From Lama guanicoe (Eukaryota), in NCBI GenBank assembly GCA_013239625.1, contig MU053379.1, positions 5,208,714 to 5,272,713 on the forward strand: a DNA stretch of 64,000 nt, in the 5' to 3' direction. This document shows, in pieces, positions 28,027 to 40,828 of the stretch (position 1 is its first letter; each line of letters begins with the position of its first letter). The notes beneath the pieces were generated by a model. It searched no databases, was not told the origin of the DNA, and saw only the letters and a list, made by a program, of their open reading frames with translations. The position numbers were made by a program, and so were the translations under genes.

Positions 28027-29594
28027 ATATTTTGCTTTTGTTATGTAATAAAAGACTAATCCAAAAATCCAGCTTTTTATCCAAAGAAAAAAACGCTCCA
28101 ATAATCCAGCAACATCCTGTTCCAGAGCCCAGACGGTCACTTCCCAGCCCAGTCACGACAGGACCCCTCTGGGCCAGACGCCGCAGGCAGGGACCTCCGC
28201 ACAGCCAGGGAGGCTCAGGCTCCGCATGGGTCTTCACGAAGCCTGGAGCAGAGGCAGGCGGGGGCTTTAGTCTGGGATTCATGCGGATCCCTTAAACCCT
28301 AATAAACCTCTTCCACTTCCTTCTTCCCTCCTCACCTGCCCACATCCGCTCAGAGCGGCCAGGACCTGGCAGGCGGAGAGATGTCGCCGACTCTGTGGGG
28401 GATCTGGGTGGCCGGAGAGACTGGGGAGGGCGGCCCGGGCAGGGGCCAGGACAGGACTCTGGTTCCGAGGGCAACAACCAGAATGGGCCGGTCGGAGAAG
28501 AAAGGGACAGGCCCCAGGAAGTGAGGCCAGGCCAAGAAAACCGAGGACTGTGTCCCACAACTGGCGCACCCCTACGGCCAAGTGACCACCTCACTTCCCT
28601 CCTCCACAGCCCCTGACCCTGGGGCCATCATGGAGGAGGCGGACACGGAGAACAGTGAGACCAGTGACCGGCAGAAACTGGGGACAAGGGAGGAGTTTGG
28701 GGAGAAGATGCCGAGTCTCACGGGGCAGCAGCCACTTAAGGCAGAAGGCCTATGGCCCCAGGACCCTCGGAGGTTACCATGGGCCTGGCCCTGCAAGCTC
28801 TCATGGGACGGCTGGAGAAGTGTGAGTGCTCAGGTTGCCAGCGGGGTGGGGAGCGGAGCGGGAGACTGAGCGACCCTGCGCACGGGGGAGGGAGGCGACA
28901 GCACACGGGCTCCCCGCCTGGTCCTGGTTTCTGCGTGCAGAGGGGCTGCGGGCTGGTTAACGTGGGGGAAGAACCCTCCTTCCACCAGGAGGTGCAGGAA
29001 GAGGAAAGTCCTGTCGGGGGTTGGGCAGAGTGGCACGCTTGGGAAACCAGGTGCAGAGAAGTGGGCAGGCCCCCTAGGCTCAGCTGCTGGCGCACACCTG
29101 GAGCTCGTGAACCAGCCCCGTGTCCGCCCCACCCAGCTTGATCCTGCTCTCCCCTCCCCTCCAGGGATCCCCGGGCCCATGTCCGGACTCCCACCCGCCC
29201 CCAAGGGGGCCCTTTCTGCATCGTTTCAGCTGGTCAGCACTTTCCTCAGACGAACAGAAAACACATGGCTGTTTCAGAATATTCCCCCAAAAGCATCACC
29301 TCCCCAGCTCCAACAGGGAGAAAGGCTTCTCCAGAAGTGAGTGTCAGCGTGGCCGGTCAGACCAGCAGCCACAGAGCACAGAGCCACAGCCTCGTGGGAA
29401 GTGCGGAGTCATGGCTGGTCCCTCAGTGCCACCCAGACAGCCCGGCTGGCGGGTGCCCTGCCTCTAACCACGAGAGCCCTGCCCCAAGCGGGCCTGAGAC
29501 CACATGATTGAGGAAAGTGCTGGAATCGGAAAGACGACAAAAACAACACAAAACAAAACCAGAATCAGTGTGAAAAAGCACCAGTCCTAAAATA

Positions 29595-30172
29595 GCTTCT
29601 TCTGCAGCAGTATTTACAACAGCCAAGAGACAGAAACAACCTAAACGGCCACTGACAGATGACTGGAGAAGGAAGATGTGGTGTGTGTGTGCGTGCACAC
29701 ATGCACACACAATGGAATACTACTCAGCCATAAAAAAGAATACAGTAATGCCATTTGCGTTAGTTAACATGGATGGACCTGGAGATTGTCATTCTAAGTG
29801 AAGTAACCCAGAAGGAGAAGGAAAAACACCATATGATGGCACTCATGTGTAGAATCTAAAAAAAGAGACACAATGAACTTATTTACAAAATAGAAACAGA
29901 CTCACAAACACAGAAAAAAAGCTTATGCTTATCAGGAGGGAAAGGATAAACTGGGAGTTCGAGATTGGCAAATAGTAACTACTATGTATAAAACAGATAA
30001 ACATCGAGTTTCTACCATACAGCACAGGGATCTATATTCAGTATCTTGCAGTAATCTATGACGAAAAAGAAATGTGAAAAGGAATATATGTATGTATACG
30101 TATGAACTGCTATACTGTACACCAGAAATTGACACAAGGCTGTAAACTGACAATGCTTAAATTTTTAAAAAA
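29595..30172 (+). mobile_element. L1 3' end (ORF2 C-terminus + 3'UTR)
   Basis: acagccaag...aatggaatactactcagccataaaaaagaa...catggatggacctggag...acagcacagggatctatattc. Confidence 0.9.
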
Positions 30173-30792
30173 ATCTCTGGAATAAAACAGCTTCTCCTGT
30201 CTTTGGAGGAACTGAGGACACGTCCCACAGACGCACACACGTCCCGCACGGAGTGGGGGACCCTGGAACAGGTGCGACCTTTCTCAGCAGGTTCACACCC
30301 ACATCCACAGCCACGCGATCACACTCCAAGTCTCCCAAGTGGCCTGCTTCCCACCTCGAGGAGGAGAAGTGTGAGGTAGGCAACCAGTGATCCCTGACCC
30401 CCAGACCCCCGGCGCGGCTGGCGGGCTGACTCCTCCCCCAACATCAGGGCCCTCACTGGCTCCAGCAGGAGGTGGTGGGAAGGCGGACTTCAGCCCCGGG
30501 GGTAGGGGCAGGTGCGTGTCTGAGTAACAGGTATGATAACCCATGGGACTTCTAGGAGGGCTCACTGGCATTGACACGAAACGCACAGGAAGCTGCAAGC
30601 GTGGCACACAAAGCTCCCATGCGATATCCCCGGTACCCGAGACGTCACAGGCTCCAGACCAAGGATCCGCCCAGGATCCTGGAGCAACCGGCACCTCCCG
30701 CAGGGCAGAGGGGAAGCGCTCCCTCCTCACACGCCTGCCTGGAGGGGAGGGAAGGACCTGCGACCCTTCACTCTGCCTCCTGACACTCGAGG

Positions 30793-31002
30793 AGCCGAGA
30801 CCACCCCCACTCCCACCCCATCTGGTCATCCCTGTGCTGAGGGGCAGCACACAGCCGAGACCACCCCCCACGCCCACCCCATCTGGTCAGCACCCTGTGC
30901 TGGGGGGCAGCACACAGCCGGGACCGCCCCCATGCCCACCCCATCTGGTCAGCACCCTGTGCTGGGGGGCAGCACACAGCCGGGACCGCCCCCATGCCCA
31001 CC
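30793..31002. repeat. 61-62-bp C-rich minisatellite, about 3.4 copies
   Basis: tctggtca recurs at 30821, 30882, 30944. Confidence 0.9.
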
Positions 31003-31031
31003 TTGCTACAGCACACAGTGTCAGCTGACAT

Positions 31032-31790
31032 TTGTGACACTGTGACGTAACAAACATGATTTGGTCTCCTCCCCTGGCACAGCTCCTAAAACCCTTGGAA
31101 TCCCCAAAGTAGTAGAGCAACCACACCTGAGTTTATGTTAACAGGCGCCTTTTGGGGCCACACCCCCGGGTGGGCTGGCTGCCAGGGGAGCCACCCTTGT
31201 GATCAGAGAGGGGACACTTTCAGCCCCGCCCTGACCTGCAGAGAGGGGAGAGGCTGGGATTCAGTCACCGATCGCCAATCATTTGGTCAGTCAGTGCTTT
31301 TGATGACGCCTCCGAAAGACCCCAAAAAAGGACTGTGTCCAAGGGCTTCCGGGCTGGTGAAATCGTGGAGACAGGAGCGGGGCCTGTGGAGCAAGGGAGC
31401 CCAGAGCCCCTTCCCTGCATCCAGTGTCCCTGTGTCGTGTCCTTGTGCGATAAACCAGGGTTCCGGGAGGCGAACAGGTCTCCCTGAGTCCTGTGAGCTG
31501 CTCCAGCAAAGGAACTGAGCCTGAGGAGGCGCCAGTCAGAAGCACAGGCGACACCTGCACTCGTGACTGACGTCTGAGAGGGAGCAGTCCTGGGGACTAA
31601 GTCCTTGCCCTGTGGGGTCTGACGCCGTCCCCAGCAGACGGTGTCAGAGTTGAGCGGAATTGCAGGACACCAGCCGGCACACAGAACGGCGCAGGGAGGG
31701 AAGAACTAGCAGGTCTCTCGTGCCCAGAGGCGCCAGTGTGTTCAGAGGGCTGCACGCAGGGCCGCGGAAAACAGGAGTCTTCCCCTCACT
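31032..31790 (+). mobile_element. MER21-like LTR
   Basis: tgtgacactgtga...cagctcctaaaacccttggaat...tgtggggtctgacgc...gtgtcagagttgag. Confidence 0.55.
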
Positions 31791-31916
31791 ATTTTACAAA
31801 TAAAGAAGCAAAAGACAGAAAAACCCGAACGCTGGTCCCAGCCCACACTGCTTGGCAGTGACAGGTCTGCTGTCCTTCAGTGAGGATTTTAAATCCCAGA
31901 AATCACAGATGAATCA

Positions 31917-32072
<156 letters not shown>

Positions 32073-32287
32073 TCAACAGCGCTTTCTGCAGGTCACAGAC
32101 GTGACACTCTGGCCTTCTGCTTTTTCCCCGGGGGAAGATCTTACGTTGCCTTCGGCACTGAAACAGTCATCTTGTCAAATACTCACTTAGCATTTAAAAA
32201 AACTGAAGGTATAATAAGGAAAGTAAAAGTGAACCATAAATCCATCACCAAAAATGCTAATAAAACTCCATAAAAGTGACTTTAATT

Positions 32288-32865
32288 TGAAAAGACACAC
32301 ACCTCAATGTTCACAGCAGCACTATTTACAACAACCAAGACATGGAGACAGCCTGAATGTCCACCGACATGACTGGACAAAAACGATGTGGTGTATTTAT
32401 ACAATGGAATACTACTCAGCCATAAAAAGAGTACAATAATGCCACTGCAGCAACATGGATGGACCTGGAGATCATCATTTTAAGAGAAGTAAGCCAGAAA
32501 GAGAAAGAGAAAAACCGTATGATATCACTTCCACGTGGAATCTGAAAAAAAGACAAACTTTTTTACAAAACAAGAACAGACCCATAAGCAGACACAGAAA
32601 ACAAACTCACGTCACCGGGGGGAGGGCGCAGGAGGGGTTAAACTGGGAGTCTGAGATGTGCAGATGCTAACAACTATGCATAAGATAGACAGACAACAGG
32701 TTTCTTCTGTGCAGCACAGGGAACTATATTCAGCATCCTGTAGTAACCTATAATGAAAAAGAGCATGAAAACGAATGTATGTACGTGTATGCGTGGCCGA
32801 ACTGCTCTGCTGGTCACCGGAAACTGACACAACATTGCAGACTGACTACACTTCAATTAAAAAAG
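32288..32865 (+). mobile_element. L1 3' end
   Basis: Same L1 3' motifs, ending cacttcaattaaaaa. Confidence 0.9.
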
Positions 32866-35319
32866 CCAGGAAAACGTGGCACTTAGCTGTATTGTGTGAT
32901 AATGACTACTTTGATTAAAAACAAACAAAAGCCTCCGTAAAAGTACTTAGAGCAACCCACTTAGAGAACAGTGCAGAGAAGAGGCACCTGGTGACCACAA
33001 ACACTAACACAAAGAAACAGCCAGGCCCTCGCCACCCGTCCACGGAGGAGGGCGCTGCCAGCATGGACGGGCCTCCCCCGTGCTTCCTTCCCGGGTGAAG
33101 CCCCTGCCCCAGTCTGACTTCTGCAGTGACAACATCCCTGCTTTATGCCCCATTTGCATGCACCCCTCAACAGGATGGTTCAGCCTCACCTCTTAAGTCT
33201 GACCTGCACGGAACATGTGTGTACACATCTCAGACTCAGCACGACTCCTGCAACACTCACGTGCTTGCTGAGCGCGCCCTGCCCACGTCCTCTACTGCGT
33301 CTCCCCGCTGCCGCGATGTAAGTGCTCAGCAAACACTGTTGGCTGCATCTGCCTCTGTGTGCTCCCAAAGCTGAGCAGAATTCGCCTTCTCTCTTTTCCT
33401 TATGGCCTACAGGGTGCAGGTTGCAGCATCTCCTTCGAGCACACGGGGCACCTTTCCGGGGCGGCTGGCTTCTGCTGTCACATGAGGGGCCGCCGCCCAC
33501 CTAGCCTGTCACGTGAGGGGCCAGCTGTCCACCCAGCTACGGTCCATTTTCAGGACACGCCTTTTGTCCCTGGCTGCTTTCTAAAACTATTAAATGCTTC
33601 ACTTTGGTATGAGATTCACAGGCAGTTGCAGGAAAAAATCCAGAGAGAGCCTGTGCGCCCATCTTCGGCTGCTTTTTAAGATGATCTGTTTTCCTTCCAT
33701 TTCACAATAATATGGCTGGGGTTGGTATCTTTTTATTTATGCAACTTGGAATTCCACGGGCTCTTGGAACCTTCAGTCTGTTCTGGGAGCTTCTTAACTA
33801 CTCCCCACTCATAAAATCCCCGTTCACTCCTCTCCTCCTGGGAGTCCAACTAAGGGACGTCCAGCCACCTCACTCCGCCTTCACTTCTCTGACTCTTCTC
33901 ACTGGCGAGCCTGGTGCACGAATGCTCGTCAGCTGTGTCTAATCTGTTCAGCTCCTAAAGTTGTGTTCAGTTCTCTGTTCAGATTTGTTTTTATCACTTT
34001 TTAGAGTTTCCTCTTTCTTATGGATGCTTTCAAGCTTTCTCAAAAATCTCTCCTAACGCAGCAACCATAGTTGGTTCACATTTTTTGCCCAATAATCCCA
34101 ATGGCCTCGCATGTCAGTGCCACCGCTCCTGCTGCCTGTCGTTTCTGTGGCTCCGGCTCATCCTGACTCACCTGTGCCTCGCTGCCCTCAGCTGCTGTAT
34201 TTGCCTGTCACTGAGGAGCAATCATAGGCCCTAGTGATAAGAATTCCTCAAGAGGGGGCTTCCGTCTGCTTCCGCCAGATGCCCGAGGGCGCGCCCCGAG
34301 AGGACGCCGGCCCAGGAGGCAGATGGTTCGCTTCGGCATCTTCGCCCCCAGACACGCCCTCAGGACCCTCCCTGCACAGGGAGGTGGCTCCTCGGTTTCT
34401 CTGCCTCCGGTGACCTGGGCTTACACATGTGCGCCCCTGGCCCTCTGGGCCTCCCCGAGACCACGTATCAATTTCACAGTTCCTACATGAGACGAGAAAA
34501 TATTCTCAAGGCAACGGGATTGTGTGTGCTGAGGCCCTCGGTATGCGGCTTAGCATAGCTTTTTAGACTGTAAGTTCCTGCTGACTTGTTTGCGCTTTGC
34601 CATTTTCACAAGCTTTGTTTTACTATTTTGTTCAGCCTTTTTTTCGTAGCCCTCCCTGGAAGGCGAGCCTGAGTTTGCTAACCTGCTACTAAGACAACGT
34701 CTGAAGCCGCTTCACTCCTTTCTAGGGCTGATCAGACAGACCCACAAGAAGGCACTGAAGGCATCTCACACTGAGGAGGCTGTTCCCAGTCTCCTGCCTG
34801 CTGCATCGACGCTGGATTGCGTGACCTCGCCCAGGCTTCATTTCACAGAGACGGACACCGTGCTCTCCTCCCTGCCTTCCTGGCTGCTGCCCCGCGCAGC
34901 GTGGGCGCTCAGAAGTACCTGCTGACGACGTGGGAGCAGAACGACACGGCCCTCTGCCTGACCTCCTCCCAGGTTTCTTCTGTCTCTGGTGACGCCTCCC
35001 CAGCAAACAGGGCGGGCTCTGCCGGCCCAGGTGCTGCCGCTTTTCCTGGCCCCTCTGGCTGTGCCTGCAGGCGTTCTGGCGTCCTCTCCCCTCAGAGCTC
35101 ACTCTGAGGGTGCAGCCAGCCCACAGCATCAGGGGTTCAACTGAACACGGCAGCCCGTCGTCCCACATGGTCTGGGACCCAACACAAACGAAGGGGCGGG
35201 AGCCTGTGCTCAAGGGTCGCTTTCAACTTTAAAGTTAGTTTCAGTCACGCTATGTTAACAAGTATTTTATTGAGAGGAAAACTCCCTTTCTAGCCAAATT
35301 TAAAATACTCGAGGTAAGA

Positions 35320-35578
35320 AAAGGGAACGTTCCTACACTGTTGGTGGGAATGCAGTTTAGTGCAACCACTATGGAGGACAGTATGGAGGTTCCTGAAAAA
35401 GCAAAAATAGACTTACCGTGTGACCCAGCAATCCCACTCCTGGGCCTGTATCCAGAAGGATCGTTAATTCAAAAAGATACATGCACCCCACTGTTCACAG
35501 CAGCACCATTTACAACAGCCAAGACATGGAAGCACCTAAATGTCCGTCAACAAATGACTGAATAGAGAAGTTAACGAT

Positions 35579-35618
<40 letters not shown>

Positions 35619-36086
35619 TGGAACACTATTCAGCCATAAAAGCCATAAAACAATGCCACTTGCAGCCACATGGATGGACCTGGGGATCATCATTCTAAGT
35701 AAAGTCAGCCAGACAAAGAAAAATACCATGTGATAGCACTCATGTGGGATCGGAAAAAAAAGACACAAATGAACTCACCTGAAAAACAGCAACAGACTAA
35801 CAGACATGGAAAACAAACATGATTACCGGGGGGGGGGAGGGGGTGGGAAGGAATAAACTGGGATTTCGAGATAAAATTTGCAGATACTAACTACTGTATA
35901 TAAAATAGATAAACAACAAATTTCCACTGTACAGCACAGGGAACTACATTCAGTATCTTGTAGTGACCTATGATGAAAAAGAACATGAAAACGAACACAC
36001 GTGTGTACACGTACGACTGAACTACCCTGCTGTACCCCGGACACTGACACAACATTGTGAACTGACTAGACTTCAATTAAGAAAAC
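35320..36086 (+). mobile_element. 5'-truncated L1 with 15-bp TSD and internal (AC)17
   Basis: TSD atactcgaggtaaga at 35305-35319 and 36087-36101; ORF2 C-terminal relic (…DPAIPLLGLYPE…KDTCTPLFTAA). Confidence 0.93.
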
Positions 36087-36889
36087 ATACTCGAGGTAAG
36101 ATCCTCACCCCCAGCAAAGAAGCGAGAGAGCGCGACAGAAAACGCGCACGGAAATTCCCCACAGGTCACAGCCTGAGGCCGCATCAACCTTCCTGTGTGA
36201 AAACAGACCTTGATATCAAGTTTCGTTAACAGGAAATAGGAATTAAAAACAAGGACACCTTCAGAGCAGTAAAAAAGTTACCCTGTTAATTCGAATACTG
36301 TAATGCTGTTTCTTCATGTTTATGACCAGATTGCTGTATCAACGACGAACCTGTGGTCACGTATGTTGGGTACCACAAAGAAACTGACTGTGTGATATTT
36401 GAGCTGAAAATCCAACCCATTCTCTCAGATAAAGGGCTTATCTTGCTCACAGTTTCCCGAAGTCTCCACTGTTTGGCGTCTACCGGAATATGGTGACAAC
36501 TGTCTGGACATTCCCGGCTCGACACTGGCTTCCCCTAAAACCTCTGCTGAAAGTCCCACCCGCGCGCAGGCTGCACGAACTCCGCCTCTGTGGATGGAGC
36601 AGAGTCGGCCAGCTTGCAGCTCAGCAGTTCCAGGCCACACACCCTTGTGCTCACACGAAGCACCTAGTGGAGCCTGACCGAGAACGACACGGTTGCTCCA
36701 TCAGCAGCGCCTGCTGGAGCCCCAGAGTGATTCTCGGTTTCGAATTTCCAGACTGCCAAGCATGACGAAGGAAAGCAGCTCGGGTAAGGCTGCCTTTAAC
36801 CAGAGTGTTGATTTGCTCATCCAGCTCTCAGCAATCCCAGGTGATACCAAGTGGGGCTAGAACACCGTCTGTGAAAGCACATCTGACCT

Positions 36890-36990
36890 GGGGGAGGGGG
36901 GAGCTCCATGCACGAGGTCCTGGGTTCAGCCCTCAGCACCTCCATTAAAATAAACAAATTAAATAAAACCCGAATGACACCCCCCAAATG
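36890..36990 (+). mobile_element. Vic-1-like SINE (internally deleted)
   Basis: catgcacgaggtcctgggttcagccctcagcacctccattaaaa. Confidence 0.8.
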
Positions 36991-37845
36991 ACTGGTTAAA
37001 AATGACGACGACAAAACAATCAGACACCACATCTGATTCTTACATCCACAGAGAAGCAGCAGGACTAGAGGAAAGGCAGGGGGGGGCGGAGGGCTCACAA
37101 GGGACAGTGGCCACACGGGCCTGGGGCAGTGAGAGGTCGGACTCGCCTGGACGCTCTCCCGCAGTGCCCGCAGCGGGGGCTCTGGGTTATTTTTTTCCAT
37201 TTATTTTTGCCCAAGAGCCAATTCAGGAATATTTGCATGCTAGATTTTTTTCTCACTCAGAATGAAAATAGTTTTACCCAGTTCTGTGGGGAAAAAATGA
37301 AAACAGTTTTATGAGCTCTTCCTTCAGAGGTAAGACAAACCCCAAGATTACGGGCACTGTTTTTAAAACCAGCACGTTAACGTCTGGACGTGTTTCAGAA
37401 GCAGGGACAGCTAGGGCGTGCTGCCTACGTTTCCATCAAGAAAGCAAGTTGTGGTGCAGGCTCCAGACCACCCTTCCAGATGACCTCGAATTTCGTAGAG
37501 AAAAGCAACTCTCCGAGCGTGTATTTCCTCTCCGGGCTGGATAAACTCACGGGGCACCTCTGAACACAGGGAGCCTCTGCTCCTGCAACAGCACCGTGCA
37601 GCGTTCTGTCCAGCCGCCAGACACATTTCACGCTGCGCGGTTTTCTGAGACAATCTGCCTTCAAGGTACTGCCTGCCTCTGACCCACCCGGCGTGTGAGC
37701 TGCCCACAGGTGCCTGTGTTTTGTGAACCTCGCGCCACTGCCCATACAACCTTCCAGCCCCAGGGAAATCTCTCAAACATCTTTCTGGAAAAACAGAATG
37801 AAAAAAACCTCGGAAAGTTACTACGCGTCAAAAAAACCGCCTAGG

Positions 37846-38012
37846 TGGGGAGGGTGTAGCTCAGTGGTAGAGGATGTGCTCAGCATGCACGAGGTCCTGG
37901 GTTCAGTCCCCAGTCCCTCCATTAAACTTAAAAAAAAATTAGATAAATAAACCTCCCCCACCCACCCAAAAGTAAAAAAATTTAAATAAATAAACCTAAT
38001 TACTTTTCCCCG
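37846..38012 (+). mobile_element. Vic-1-like SINE
   Basis: ggggagggtgtagctcagtggtagaggatgtgctcagcatgcacgaggtcctgggttc. Confidence 0.9.
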
Positions 38013-38112
38013 CAAAGCAATCTAACGTCAGGGTTCCACAGAAGGAGCAACACTGTCCCATTTGCCTCTAACTTTCCTCGGACGAGCATCTCTAGCCAAC
38101 TGGCCCTTCTCA

Positions 38113-38385
<273 letters not shown>

Positions 38386-39239
38386 CTACTGCCGCTCTCC
38401 CAGCCCCGACGAGCCGGGCAGCGTGGCCCAGGTCTGGGCAGGGGCTGGCTGGTGGGAAAGGGCACCAGGTCCTCTCGGTTTACGTGAGGCTGGAGGAAAT
38501 CAGGTCCACCTTGGAGGGAGAGGCCAGCGATGTGTCCCAGGGAGCCCGTCCTCCTTCAGTGGCTCAAAGAACCAGGATGACTTTGTTCTATAAAAGAGTA
38601 TTACAGAATCATCAGAAAAAAGAGACAAGTATAAAGAGAACGAAGATCATGGTTCATGTTTTAGTGAGTCCACATCCTGCTTCTTCTCTGACCGGGTCCA
38701 CCTGGGACCCCCTGGACACGTGGCACACCTGCCCAAACACCTGCCCCGATTCCAGAACTGGGCAGGACTCAGGCGCGGGGCTGAAGGCTGGAGGGCACCG
38801 AGGGTCCTCCCAGGAGCAGGGACAAGCCAGCCCCTTCCTGAGAGAACCTGCTGGTCGGTCCCCATTGCCCCCACACAAGGGTCCCCATCACCTCGCTCAC
38901 ACCTGGCTTTGCCCAAAGCACAGCTGAGTCCCTGGCCACTCAGAAACACACCTTTCCTCGCCTCTCCCTCACCCCCAGAAACTGAGACACTGTCCCAGGA
39001 GAGTGGGTGCTTCGCCTCGGGCCATCCAGGTCAGGAAAGTGGGGTGACAGGCGTCACCTTCTACAGGCTAGGCAAAAAGACCTTTCAGTCACAATCTGCT
39101 GGCTCGTTACTTCCTAAGTGCAAGTAACTTAACCTCCATCCAAGATAAGGTCCAGCTATGTTTTCTTTCTCTTTTTTTTTCTCTTTCTAATATTTCTATT
39201 GTTTTGCTTTTTATCCACCATAACTTTTTTCTTTTTAAA

Positions 39240-39405
39240 TTTTTTTAAATTGAAGTATGGTCAGTTATAACGCATCAATTTCTGGTGTGCAGCATTGTGT
39301 TTCAGTCACACACATGCACACATATATTCCTTTCCATATTCTTTCTCTTTATAGGTTACTACAGGAGGCTGAATACAGTTCCCTGTGCTGTGCAGAAGAA
39401 ACTTC
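39240..39405 (-). mobile_element. L1 3' tip
   Basis: aattgaagtatggtcagtt...ccctgtgctgtgcagaagaaac. Confidence 0.8.
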
Positions 39406-40064
39406 TTGGCTTCACCATAACTCTTAATCCCTCTATGATTTATTTTGATATATGGGTTTAGATAGAAACTTAATGTTTTCCTAAATGGTTAGCCGCTTGC
39501 ACTAATACCACTTAATAATCACTCTTTCCCCATTGATTTCAAATATGTATTCAAAATACCGGGAGAAAGGAGGCTCTGCCCCTAATCACGTACACCCCAC
39601 GGGACTCGCCTCCTCCCGCCCCACAGTGTGGGTCTTTCTGTAGTCAAGACACGTGTGACAAACCGTGGTGCTGAGCCAGCTGGAAACACTGGCCAGGAAA
39701 AACTGCCAGGGCACCTTCACCTGGAAAACACGGCCTGGGCTCAGGTCCGAACACCACCAACCCCACCGTGGAGGGTTGTGCTGATGCACGTGGCTGCCCT
39801 GGGACCCCAGAGTCCCAGGAAGGGGCTAGAGTGACAAGCCGCTAGACACGCTGAACACCTCAGAACCACAGAAGGTCTCTGGAGTTGTGCAGAAGCCTGT
39901 GTGGGGCTCAGAATTCGGATGCTCCCCCCTCCCCCCACCTTGCTGGAATCTGGAGGCAGCGATGGGGGAGGTGGTGCACGTGGGAGGGGAGGGGGGACAG
40001 CCTGCACGCACACACACACAAACCAACATCCACAGAGAGATGAAGGAAAACCATCACAATCATG

Positions 40065-40828
40065 AAACGAGATAGACTACTGGACACAAACGATAAATGC
40101 CGGAGAGGCTGTGGAGAAACAGGAGCCCCCTGCACTGCTGGTGGGAATGAAAACTGGTGCAGCCACTGTGGAGGACAGAATAGAGAATCCTCAAAAACTA
40201 AAAACAGACTTGGCATATGATTCAGCCATCCCACTCCTGGGCATTTATCCAGAGGAAAATATAATTCAAAACGGTATATGTACCCCAGTGTTCACAGCAG
40301 CACTATTCACAACAGCCAAGACATGGAAGCCACCCAAGTGTCCATTTATAGATGGCTGGCTAGAGAAGTTGTGGTCTATTTAGACAATGGAATACTACTC
40401 AGCCATAAAAAAGAATAAAATAATGCCATTTGCACAACATGGATGGACCTGGAGATGGTCATTCTAAATAAACTGGGCTGGAAAGAGAAAGAAAAATATT
40501 GTATGGTATCTCTTGTATGTGGAGTCTAAAAAAAACCAAATGAACTTTTCTACAAAAGAGAAACAGACTCACAGACACAGAGAACAAACTCATGGTTTCC
40601 AGGGGGTAAGGGGTGGGAAGGGATAAATCTGGGATTTGCAAATGGTAACCACTATGTATAAAAATAGATGAAAAACAAATTTCTTCTGTACAGCACAGGG
40701 AACGACATTCAGTATCTTATAATAACCTTCAATGAAAACGAATATATGTCTGTATATGCGTGACTGGACGTGATGCTGTGCACCAGAAATGGACACATTA
40801 TAACTGACTGCACTTCAATTAAAAAAAG
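40065..40828 (+). mobile_element. L1 3' end
   Basis: ORF2 C-terminal relic (…AIPLLGIYPEE…CTPVFTAALFTTAKTWKPPKCP) plus 3'UTR. Confidence 0.92.

Noticed and set aside
36290..36800. Protein-like stretches in intron 2 (e.g. INDEPVVTYVGYHKETDCVIFELKIQPIL)
   Set aside because: Interrupted by stops in every frame, no poly-A or TSD, and no family recognised; cannot support a pseudogene call without a search.
37846..37925. tRNA genes (A/B-box-like tagctcagtgg ... ggttc) here and at about 9 other sites
   Set aside because: Diverged copies with A-rich tails and TSDs; these are tRNA-derived SINEs, not intact tRNAs.
40111..40383. ORFs resembling L1 ORF2 C-terminus (also 35341, 43404, 47245)
   Set aside because: Short 5'-truncated L1 relics with stops; not functional genes.
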